Assembly (NCBI GenBank): GCA_020148055.1
Contig: JAHCRF010000001.1
Location: 5,378 to 69,377 of the forward strand
Origin: Patescibacteria group bacterium
GTDB taxonomy: Bacteria; Patescibacteriota; Minisyncoccia; Minisyncoccales; JAHCRE01
DNA length: 64,000 nucleotides
Direction: 5' to 3'
In this document: one piece after another, positions 47,512 through 55,070 of the stretch
Layout: each line of letters opens with the position of its first letter
How positions within the stretch are numbered: the stretch's first letter is position 1
The notes under the pieces: generated by a model
Databases searched by the model: none
What the model saw: the letters and a program-made list of their open reading frames with translations, nothing else
Told to the model about the DNA's origin: nothing
Position numbers and translations under genes: made by a program

Positions 47512-48489
47512 ATGAAAATATTAGTTACCGGGGCAACCGGTTTTTTGGGTCATCATCTTACGAGAAGATTGGTAAAAGCAGGTTTCAATGTAAGAATATT
47601 AAAGGAAAAAGGAGCCTCTTTAAATTTAATTGAAGATTTAAAATTAGAAACAATAGAAGGCGATATCAGAGATTTCGAGGTCGTTAAAAGAGCAGTTAAA
47701 GGATGTGAAATTGTTTTTCATCTAGCAGCTTTGATTTCCTATTGGGATAAATTAAACCCTCTTCAATATGAAGTAAACGTGATCGGTACTGAGAATATTG
47801 TTAAGAACTGTCTTGAAGAAAAAGTTAAAAGATTAATTCACGTTAGTTCAACAGCAGCAATTGGCACAGAACCTGAGGGGAAATTAGCTAATGAGGAAAC
47901 CTCTTATAATCTCTGGGGTTTTAAAATAAATTATTGTAATACAAAATATTTAGGAGAAATTGAGGTTAGAAAAGGAATAGATAGGGGATTAGATGCCGTA
48001 ATTTTGTGTCCGGGTTCAATGTATGGAGCAGGAGATATTAGGAGAATTAAGGAAGACCCATTTTTTTCACAAGGTATTTTTAGCCTATTTTATATTAGGG
48101 GGGGGTTAGCCGTAGTTGATGTTGAGGATGTGGCAGACGGTTTAATCTTGGCTTGGAAAAAAGGGAAATCTGGCCAAAGATATATTCTGGCAAGTGAAAA
48201 TTTAACCTTTTTTGAAATTAAAAAGACAATTTCTGAATTTTTAGGAAAGGAACCACCAAAAATTTGTCTTCCTTATCCAATTTTTTTAGCTTTAGCTTAT
48301 ACTTTAAATTGGTTAGCTATTTTGACTAAAAAAAGACCCAAGATTACCTCAACGATGGCCCGTTTTAATAAAATTTATTTTTATTTCTCAGCGAAGAAAG
48401 CGAGAAAAAAATTAGGAATGAAATTTAGGTCTTTTAAAGAATCAATTAAAAAGGCAATAGATTGGTATAAAGAAAATGGCTATTTATAA
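47512..48489 (+). CDS. NAD-dependent epimerase/dehydratase (DFR/HpnA-like extended SDR)
   Basis: VTGATGFLG, FHLAA, HVSS, YCNTK, VDVEDVA. Confidence 0.9.
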   Translation: MKILVTGATGFLGHHLTRRLVKAGFNVRILKEKGASLNLIEDLKLETIEGDIRDFEVVKRAVKGCEIVFHLAALISYWDKLNPLQYEVNVIGTENIVKNCLEEKVKRLIHVSSTAAIGTEPEGKLANEETSYNLWGFKINYCNTKYLGEIEVRKGIDRGLDAVILCPGSMYGAGDIRRIKEDPFFSQGIFSLFYIRGGLAVVDVEDVADGLILAWKKGKSGQRYILASENLTFFEIKKTISEFLGKEPPKICLPYPIFLALAYTLNWLAILTKKRPKITSTMARFNKIYFYFSAKKARKKLGMKFRSFKESIKKAIDWYKENGYL

Positions 48490-48588
48490 AGGCGAGAATT
48501 ATACTTCTTTTAGGATCTAAAAATCTTGCCTAAGGCAAGTTTTTTTATTGATTTTGAATAAAAAAAATGCTATCTTAAGATTATAATC

Positions 48589-48675
48589 GGAGAGGTGGCT
48601 GAACGGAAAAGCACAGGCCTCGAAAACCTGAACCCTCTTTAGGGTCTGTGGGTTCGAATCCCACCCTCTCCGCCA
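48589..48675 (+). tRNA. tRNA-Ser(CGA), CCA encoded
   Basis: GGAGAGG/CCTCTCC stem; loop CTCGAAA; long variable arm. Confidence 0.92.
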
Positions 48676-48678
48676 AAA

Positions 48679-49116
48679 ATGAAAAAAGAATATTTCAAAT
48701 TTGTTTCAGCTTGTCATTTATTTCTCATAAATGGAAATAAAATTTTATTGTTAAGGCGATTTAATACTGGTTGGGAAGATGGCAAATATAGTGTGGTCGC
48801 TGGTCATTTAGATGGCAATGAGACAGTAAAGGCCGCTATGATAAGAGAGGCCAAAGAAGAAGTGGGAATAGATATTAACGAAGACGATTTAGAGTTTTTT
48901 CAAGTAATGCATCGAAAATCAGAAGAAGAGCGTATTGATTTTTTCTTTCTAGTCAAGAAATGGTCTGGCAATATTGAGATTAAAGAGCCTCATAAATGTG
49001 ATCAGTTGGATTGGTTTGGTTTGGATAAACTCCCAGGAAATATGGTAGCTTATGTGAAAAGAGCTATCGAGAATTATAAAAATCAGATAAATTTTGATCA
49101 ATTCGGCTGGGATTAA
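48679..49116 (+). CDS. NUDIX hydrolase
   Basis: GHLDGNETVKAAMIREAKEEVG Nudix box. Confidence 0.92.
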   Translation: MKKEYFKFVSACHLFLINGNKILLLRRFNTGWEDGKYSVVAGHLDGNETVKAAMIREAKEEVGIDINEDDLEFFQVMHRKSEEERIDFFFLVKKWSGNIEIKEPHKCDQLDWFGLDKLPGNMVAYVKRAIENYKNQINFDQFGWD

Positions 49117-49119
49117 AAT

Positions 49120-49494
49120 ATGTTTAATTTTTTTGAAAAAAAGAAAAAAAAGCCAAAGAATCTTAAAGAGATCCTAACTCGTTTTAATGATTTGGAGAAA
49201 AATTTTGAAAAACTTTCTGAAGAATTAGAGAGATTGAAAGGAGAAAGCCAATTTTCTATTCAGAAGACAGGAATAGTAAGATTTAATCCTTTCTCTGAAA
49301 TTGGAGGTGATCAAAGTTTCTCTATTGCTTTACTTAATAGAAATAATAATGGCTTTGTTATTACCAGTTTTTATACTCGGGAGAGAAATCGAGTTTTTGC
49401 AAAGCCAATAGTTAATGGAAAATCTCAATATTTTTTGTCGAAAGAAGAAAAAGAGGCAATAGAAAAAGCAATAAACACTGAACCCAAATGTTGA
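49120..49494 (+). CDS. DUF4446-like protein
   Basis: QKTGIVRFNPFSEIGGDQSFSIALL...RVFAKPI..LSKEE. Confidence 0.82.
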   Translation: MFNFFEKKKKKPKNLKEILTRFNDLEKNFEKLSEELERLKGESQFSIQKTGIVRFNPFSEIGGDQSFSIALLNRNNNGFVITSFYTRERNRVFAKPIVNGKSQYFLSKEEKEAIEKAINTEPKC

Positions 49495-49538
49495 CAAAAT
49501 TTCGGCAACCGAATAATTTTTGTCAAATTTTAACTTCA

Positions 49539-51032
49539 ATGGTTGAAAAGAAAGACCAAAATTTAGCATCCCGTCCTCCGGTAGTAGTAGTTTTAGGACA
49601 TGTTGATTCAGGGAAAACCTCAATTTTGGATTATATCAGAAAAACTCAGGTGGCTAAAAAAGAGGCCGGCGGGATTACTCAGCATATTGGAGCTTATCAG
49701 ATTGAAAAGGAAGGAAAAGAAATTACCTTTATTGATACTCCTGGCCATGAGGCTTTTTCAGCGATGAGAGCAAGAGGGGCAAAAGTTGCCGATATTGCTA
49801 TTTTGGTGATTGATGGAGTTGAGGGAGTAAAAGCCCAAACCAAAGAAGCCATCTCATATATAAAAAAGGTCCAGATTCCAATGGTTGTGGCTATAAATAA
49901 AATTGATAAAACAGCGGCTGATTCAGAAAGGGTTAAAAGAGAACTTTCAAAACAGAATATTTTAGTTGAGTCAATGGGAGGGAAAGTTCCTTCAGTTGGG
50001 GTTTCAGCAAAAACCGGGAGAGGGATTGAAAATCTCTTGGAATTAATTTTATTGGTGGCTGAAATGGAGAATTTTAAAGGTGATATCTCAAAATCAGCCG
50101 AGGGAGTGGTGATCGAATCATATTTAGATAGTTTGCGAGGACCAACCGCTACTTTACTTTTAAGAGACGGAATTTTAAGATCGGGTGATATTGTTGGAAC
50201 TTCTTCAACTTTTGGGAAAATTAGAACTTTGGAAAATTTTCAAGGGAAACTAATCAAGACAGCCCAACCCTCAATGCCAGTTATTTTGCTTGGTTTTGAG
50301 AATGTTCCCCAAGTTGGAGAAAAATTTAAGGTTTTCGGTGACGCTCAGCAAGCTAAAGATTATCTTCAGAAACCAGAAAGAAAAGGAGTTGGAAAAGTGT
50401 TTTTTATTGAACCTGGTAAAAGAGTTCTAAATTTGGTTTTAAAAACCGATGTTTTGGGATCAATTGAGGCAATTGAAGAAGTTTTGAAAGGTCTTCCCCA
50501 AGAAAAAGTCATTTTAAGAATTTTAAAAACTGAAGCCGGAGATATTAATGAATCTGATGTTAAGTTGGCAAAGTCGGCCAAGGCAAAAGTCTTGGGTTTT
50601 CGAGTAAAAATAAGTCCAATTGCTCAGAGTTTAGCTGAAAAAGAAAAAATTAAAATTATGACTTTTGAGGTTATTTATGATTTTGTTCAGGCTGTTCGGG
50701 AGTTAATGGAAAAAATTTTAGAACCGGAGACAATCAGAACAGACTTAGGGAAAGTTAAAACTTTAATAATTTTTCGAACTGAAAGAAATCGTCAGATTAT
50801 TGGCGGTAGAGTTACTACAGGGGAGGTTAAAAAGGGAGTTTTAATCGAGATTTTTCGAGGTGAAGAGAAAATTGGCCAGGGAAAACTGATTAATCTCCAA
50901 ATAAATAAAAAAGATGTTGAAAAGGCGGGCATGGGGGATGAGTGTGGAATTTTATACGAGGGCAATATAAAAATTGAAGAAGGTGATATTTTAGTAATTT
51001 ACACTCAGGAGAGGAGAAAGGGGGAGTTATAG
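49539..51032 (+). CDS. infB: translation initiation factor IF-2 (short form)
   Basis: RPPVVVVLGHVDSGKT, GGITQHIGAY, DTPGHEAF, NKID; probable start ATG 49539. Confidence 0.96.
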   Translation: MVEKKDQNLASRPPVVVVLGHVDSGKTSILDYIRKTQVAKKEAGGITQHIGAYQIEKEGKEITFIDTPGHEAFSAMRARGAKVADIAILVIDGVEGVKAQTKEAISYIKKVQIPMVVAINKIDKTAADSERVKRELSKQNILVESMGGKVPSVGVSAKTGRGIENLLELILLVAEMENFKGDISKSAEGVVIESYLDSLRGPTATLLLRDGILRSGDIVGTSSTFGKIRTLENFQGKLIKTAQPSMPVILLGFENVPQVGEKFKVFGDAQQAKDYLQKPERKGVGKVFFIEPGKRVLNLVLKTDVLGSIEAIEEVLKGLPQEKVILRILKTEAGDINESDVKLAKSAKAKVLGFRVKISPIAQSLAEKEKIKIMTFEVIYDFVQAVRELMEKILEPETIRTDLGKVKTLIIFRTERNRQIIGGRVTTGEVKKGVLIEIFRGEEKIGQGKLINLQINKKDVEKAGMGDECGILYEGNIKIEEGDILVIYTQERRKGEL

Positions 51033-51035
51033 AAA

Positions 51036-51377
51036 ATGTCCAAACGTATTCAACGCGTCAACCAACTTATTAAAAAAGAGCTTGGAAAAATTCTTCTTCG
51101 AGAGGGAGATTTTTCAAAAGAGACCTTAGTGACTCTTACCAGAGTTGAAACTTCGATTGATTTAAGAGAAGCTAAAGTCTGGATTTCTGTTTTTCCTAGA
51201 AATCAAACCACTAAAGTTATTCAGATTTTAAATCGAAAAATTTATGATTTTCAGCAAAAAATTAACAAAATCCTCAAGATGAGGCCGGTCCCCAAAATAA
51301 AGTTTTTAATTGAAACAAGAGCTAAAGAAGCAGCCAGAATTGAAGAACTCTTAGAAAAAATAAAAAAATCTGGTTGA
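51036..51377 (+). CDS. rbfA: ribosome-binding factor A
   Basis: RIQRVNQLI, TRVETSIDL..AKV, MRPVPKIKF; follows infB. Confidence 0.92.
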   Translation: MSKRIQRVNQLIKKELGKILLREGDFSKETLVTLTRVETSIDLREAKVWISVFPRNQTTKVIQILNRKIYDFQQKINKILKMRPVPKIKFLIETRAKEAARIEELLEKIKKSG

Positions 51378-51408
51378 AAAAATGTTTGAAACTGCTAAGA
51401 TAATTAGT

Positions 51409-51481
51409 GGCCAGGTAGCCAAGTAGCTAAGGCGGCAGTCTGCAAAACTGCTATACGTGGGTGCAATTCCCGCCCTGGCCT
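51409..51481 (+). tRNA. tRNA-Cys(GCA)
   Basis: Arm GCAGT-CTGCAAA-ACTGC; U73 discriminator. Confidence 0.92.
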
Positions 51482-51490
51482 CAAAATTTT

Positions 51491-51575
51491 GCCCGGGTGG
51501 AGGAATGGGTAGACTCGAGAGACTTAAAATCTCTTGGATGAATAATCCGTGTGGGTTCGAGTCCCACCCCGGGCA
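51491..51575 (+). tRNA. tRNA-Leu(TAA)
   Basis: Arm AGAGA-CTTAAAA-TCTCT; long variable arm; no intron. Confidence 0.92.
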
Positions 51576-51638
51576 TAAATAAAAAACTCGGCGTAGTTGC
51601 GCCGGGCCTTTTATATAAGGAGATTTAATCTCCGAAGC

Positions 51639-52163
51639 TTAACCTTCCAACATTTCAATATAGGCTCTTTTTGATCCAAAATTTAAGGCTTGCCAATAAG
51701 AAGGGAACCAGATATCAACATGGTAATACCCTTTTTTCCAATGCATTCTATCTTCAACCACAAAAACTTTATCTCCATAGATTTCCGGTATCCTGATTTT
51801 TGTTCCAAAGGGAAGCAGATTATTTGCCACAACTCCCTCTCTTACCAGAGTACCAGCTGCAGTGATATAGGGATTATCGTCGGTCTCAAAAGGCGAAGAG
51901 GAATAAGCAGTCACAATTACTTTTATTTTTCGGACCACCTGGACAGGATTAGAATAATTAGAAGCTGACAAAAGGCTATTTCCTTGGACAATAGGCAATC
52001 TATTTCCTAAAATCTCTTCAATAGAAAACTCAGCTAAATTAGCCTCTATTTTTTGAATTTTAGCCTCAAAAATAGACCTTCCACCAATGTAAAATCCGAT
52101 GACTATCAGAATAATTAAGATATTTTTGCCCCAAAAATTAGGGCATTTTGATTTCTTACTCAT
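51639..52163 (-). CDS. 3D-domain (MltA-like) cell-wall protein
   Basis: N-terminal TM helix; VTAYSS...TD, VANNLLPFGT, VVEDRM, VDIWF. Confidence 0.88.
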   Translation of the reverse strand: MSKKSKCPNFWGKNILIILIVIGFYIGGRSIFEAKIQKIEANLAEFSIEEILGNRLPIVQGNSLLSASNYSNPVQVVRKIKVIVTAYSSSPFETDDNPYITAAGTLVREGVVANNLLPFGTKIRIPEIYGDKVFVVEDRMHWKKGYYHVDIWFPSYWQALNFGSKRAYIEMLEG

Positions 52164-52191
52164 TTTTAAAACCCCTTAAAGGGGTTGTACC

Positions 52192-52219
52192 ATTTTAGCT
52201 TATCCACAAGGGCTGTCAA
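52192..52219 (-). promoter_or_regulatory. promoter of the 3D-domain gene with a perfect DnaA box in its spacer
   Basis: TTGACA-N16-TAAAAT; TTATCCACA at 52200-52208. Confidence 0.65.
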
Positions 52220-52334
52220 GAGTAAACCAAAAACCCGAGAAAAACTCTCGGGCGGCGGAAATAAAGAAGAGACAAAAACGGGACCCAATCTCTTAATGAA
52301 AAAGGAGCTTAGCTCCTTTTATAAATTTGCACTG

Positions 52335-52406
52335 AGCGGGTGAAGGGAGTCGAACCCTCTTCTTAATCTTGGCAAGATCATATAATAACCGTTATACTAC
52401 ACCCGC
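52335..52406 (-). tRNA. tRNA-Gly(GCC)
   Basis: Arm TGATC-TTGCCAA-GATTA. Confidence 0.92.
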
Positions 52407-52412
52407 TTTTTG

Positions 52413-52487
52413 TGCCGCGGACCAGACTTGCACTGGTGAAACCTCGTCTTTTTCAGAGACGCGCTCTACTACCTGAGCTACCGCGGC
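52413..52487 (-). tRNA. tRNA-Phe(GAA)
   Basis: Arm CGTCT-CTGAAAA-AGACG. Confidence 0.92.
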
Positions 52488-52490
52488 TGA

Positions 52491-52901
52491 TTATTCGGGA
52501 TATACTTTCCCTTTTAGAAGATTTTTAAGAGGCAAAAATAAAGGTTTTGGTAAACTATTCCAGTCAAACCAGTTGATTTTTGACATTTCTTCATTACAAA
52601 TTTTAGATTTGCTGGATTTCCAATCAGAGATTACCCATATTGTAATGTAATGCTTTTTCTCTTTTTTGAAAAGATCCTCGGTGAAACCCACTACTTCTAA
52701 GTTTTTAATTTCAATTCCTATTTCTTCCTTTACTTCTCTTTTAGCGCAATTGGTAACACTTTCTCCAAAATCAATGTGTCCTCCAGGCGGAGCCCAAGTT
52801 TCTGCTCCATGAGAACCCCTTCTTTTCATTAACAGTATCTTTTTCTTTTTATTTATAATAACTCCAACCCCGACTCTAACTTTTTTATTCTTTTCTTTCA
52901 T
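52491..52901 (-). CDS. NUDIX hydrolase (NUDT15/MutT-like)
   Basis: VRVGVGV, GGHIDFGESVTNCAKREVKEEIG, HYITIW, LP.PLF. Start moved to ATG 52901. Confidence 0.9.
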   Translation of the reverse strand: MKEKNKKVRVGVGVIINKKKKILLMKRRGSHGAETWAPPGGHIDFGESVTNCAKREVKEEIGIEIKNLEVVGFTEDLFKKEKKHYITIWVISDWKSSKSKICNEEMSKINWFDWNSLPKPLFLPLKNLLKGKVYPE

Positions 52902-52912
52902 TGTTTTGAAGA

Positions 52913-52985
52913 TGGGCGGCATAGGACTCGAACCCATAACCTCCGCGATGTAAGCGCGACGCTCTAACCATTGAGCTAGCCGCCC
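52913..52985 (-). tRNA. tRNA-Val(TAC)
   Basis: GGGCGGC/GCCGCCC stem; loop CTTACAT. Confidence 0.92.
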
Positions 52986-52995
52986 CTTTTCTTGC

Positions 52996-53082
52996 TGGTG
53001 CCCAGGGCGGGACTCGAACCCGCAAGGGGTTACCCCCACTACCACCTCAAGGTAGCGAGTTTTCCAATTTCTCCACCTGGGC
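52996..53082 (-). tRNA. tRNA-Leu(GAG), CCA encoded
   Basis: Arm CTACC-TTGAGGT-GGTAG; long variable arm. Confidence 0.92.
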
Positions 53083-53754
53083 GAACTGACTTTGTTCGTT
53101 ATAATTTATATTTATTTGGAAAATTTTTCGAGCTTTTTCATATTTTCGTTGTAAAAAAGGAATATTATCTGAATAAAACATTTTATTAAACAGAATAACG
53201 CTCTCTTCCTTTGCATATCTTAAGAGATAAGTATTGTTACCCGCAGACCCAATACTTCCGTTTAATCTACAGAGATTCTTAATCTTTTCTTGTAGCCATT
53301 TAAGAAAATTAAGACTTGCTGAGGAAAACGCAATGTAAAACATAAAACTACTATGCCATCGAGAATCCCAAAACGAGTAAATTGTTCCATCGCCATCAAA
53401 ACACCCTCTTAGAAAATCAAAGAAATATTTATTCGGAATTTCAAGCTTAGAAATTGCTTTTGATTTATTAGGCATTAATCCAATTTTCAGAAGCCATTTA
53501 TAAAGTTTGACATTACTAAATTGAATGCGGGGATATCTTTTATCTGTAGATCCGCTTGTTTTTGTCCCAATCTCCACATCGATTAAATTCATACATTTCT
53601 TAAAAGTTTTCACTAATTGGATATCATTAGACGTAAACTCAAGATGTCTACCATCTTTAGATAAATTTCCATCGGTAGTTAATAATCCAATCGCATAAGC
53701 GAATTCAGGAGTCAATTTTATCTTATAATTTTTATTTTTCTGACTTCCTCTCAT
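53047..53754 (-). CDS. free-standing LAGLIDADG homing endonuclease (double motif)
   Basis: YAIGLLTTDG and FLRGCFDGDG motifs, FLQRK near the end. The 3' 36 nt overlap tRNA-Leu. Probable start ATG 53754. Confidence 0.88.
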   Translation of the reverse strand: MRGSQKNKNYKIKLTPEFAYAIGLLTTDGNLSKDGRHLEFTSNDIQLVKTFKKCMNLIDVEIGTKTSGSTDKRYPRIQFSNVKLYKWLLKIGLMPNKSKAISKLEIPNKYFFDFLRGCFDGDGTIYSFWDSRWHSSFMFYIAFSSASLNFLKWLQEKIKNLCRLNGSIGSAGNNTYLLRYAKEESVILFNKMFYSDNIPFLQRKYEKARKIFQININYNEQSQFAQVEKLENSLP

Positions 53755-53775
53755 TTTTATTTTTTTATTATTTTT

Positions 53776-53804
53776 GATTCTAACCAATTTTGTTCCGTCC
53801 GCCC
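53776..53804 (-). pseudogene. degenerate tRNA 5' fragment (Val-like)
   Basis: GGGCGGACGGAACAAAATTGGTTAGAATC versus the intact Val(TAC) 5' end GGGCGGCTAGCTCAATGGTTAGAGC. Confidence 0.4.
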
Positions 53805-53806
53805 AT

Positions 53807-54217
53807 TTATTTAATTTCCTTAATTTCTTCGGATTTCTGCCCTAATTTCTCTTCGGTCGTAGCTTTAACAAATTCTTTTCTTTTCAATTTTGCCTTCTTT
53901 CCTTTAACTTTTCTTAAATAGTAAAGTTTTGCCCTTCTGACTTTTCCTCTCTTTGTAATTTCTATTTTTTCAATAGTAGGGGAGTGAAGAGGAAAAATTC
54001 TTTCTACTCCGATTCCAGAAATTATCTTTCTGACCGTGATTGTAGCTCCAATTCCTTTACCATGTTTCCTAGCTAAAACTACTCCTTCAAAAACTTGAAT
54101 TCTTTCTTTACCTTTTTCTCTAATTTTTTGGTAAACCTTAACGGTATCACCCGATCTAATATCCGGTAGGTCTTTTTTTAGAAAAGGCCCTAAGAATTTC
54201 TCGATTTTAGTCACCAT
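53807..54217 (-). CDS. rplS: 50S ribosomal protein L19
   Basis: [38 protein letters not shown]. Confidence 0.97.
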   Translation of the reverse strand: MVTKIEKFLGPFLKKDLPDIRSGDTVKVYQKIREKGKERIQVFEGVVLARKHGKGIGATITVRKIISGIGVERIFPLHSPTIEKIEITKRGKVRRAKLYYLRKVKGKKAKLKRKEFVKATTEEKLGQKSEEIKEIK

Positions 54218-54914
54218 AATTTAATTTTTCTAATATTTTTTTAAAATTTTCTGGCAAATCTGATTTAAACTCTTTTTCTTTTCCGTCTGGCAATTTTATT
54301 TTTAGATAATTAGCATGTAAAAATTGGCGATTTAATCCTTTAGGCGTTGGTTGATTTTTAAATCCATAAATTTTATCTCCAGCAATTGGACAGGAAAGAT
54401 AGGCTAGATGACATCTGATTTGGTGGCGCCTTCCAGTTTTCGGAATCACCTCTATTAATGTATATTTTTTAAACCTCTTTAAAACTTTGAATCCTGTAAT
54501 AGCCTTTCTTTTTTCTCTAGCTTTTGGTTCAAAAGGTAGATAGACTCTTTGCTTTTTTCTATTTTTTGGAGATCTCCCAATTAAAGTTTCAATTTTCCCA
54601 AAATCTTCTTTTAAGTTTCCAACTACCAAGGCCAAATATTTTTTGATTACTTTTCTTTCTTTAAATTGTCTTTGTAAAAAATCTAAAGTTTTATTATTTT
54701 TAGCAACCAAAAGAATTCCAGAAGTATCCTTGTCTAATCGATGGACAATTCCGTATCTCGGGGCTTTACCGATTTTTTTTAAATCAGGATAATTTTCTAA
54801 AAGATAATCTATTAAAGTTTTTTCCTTTATTCTTCTTTCAGGAAAAACAATTATTCTAGCTGGCTTATCAATTACTAAAAGGCCTTCATCTTCATAAATA
54901 ACCTTTAATTCCAT
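54207..54914 (-). CDS. RluA/RluD family pseudouridine synthase (no S4 domain)
   Basis: [32 protein letters not shown]. Confidence 0.93.
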   Translation of the reverse strand: MELKVIYEDEGLLVIDKPARIIVFPERRIKEKTLIDYLLENYPDLKKIGKAPRYGIVHRLDKDTSGILLVAKNNKTLDFLQRQFKERKVIKKYLALVVGNLKEDFGKIETLIGRSPKNRKKQRVYLPFEPKAREKRKAITGFKVLKRFKKYTLIEVIPKTGRRHQIRCHLAYLSCPIAGDKIYGFKNQPTPKGLNRQFLHANYLKIKLPDGKEKEFKSDLPENFKKILEKLNYGD

Positions 54915-54915
54915 G

Positions 54916-54989
54916 TGGGCGCGACAGGACTTGAACCTGTGAACCTCCTCAATGTCAGTGAGGCGCTCTAACCACTGAGCTACGCGCCC
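54916..54989 (-). tRNA. tRNA-Val(GAC)
   Basis: Arm CCTCA-CTGACAT-TGAGG. Confidence 0.93.
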
Positions 54990-54996
54990 CTAATGA

Positions 54997-55070
54997 TGCG
55001 CGTGGTAGGACTCGAACCTACGAACCCCGACTTTATAAGAGTCGTGCTCTAACCACTGAGCTACACGCGC
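54997..55070 (-). tRNA. tRNA-Ile(TAT)
   Basis: GCGCGTG/CACGCGC stem with A73; arm CGACT-CTTATAA-AGTCG. Confidence 0.9.

Noticed and set aside
52996-53787. Group I intron or intein hosting the LAGLIDADG ORF
   Set aside because: tRNA-Leu(GAG) and rplS are uninterrupted, there are no intein splicing motifs, and there is no room for a ribozyme core.
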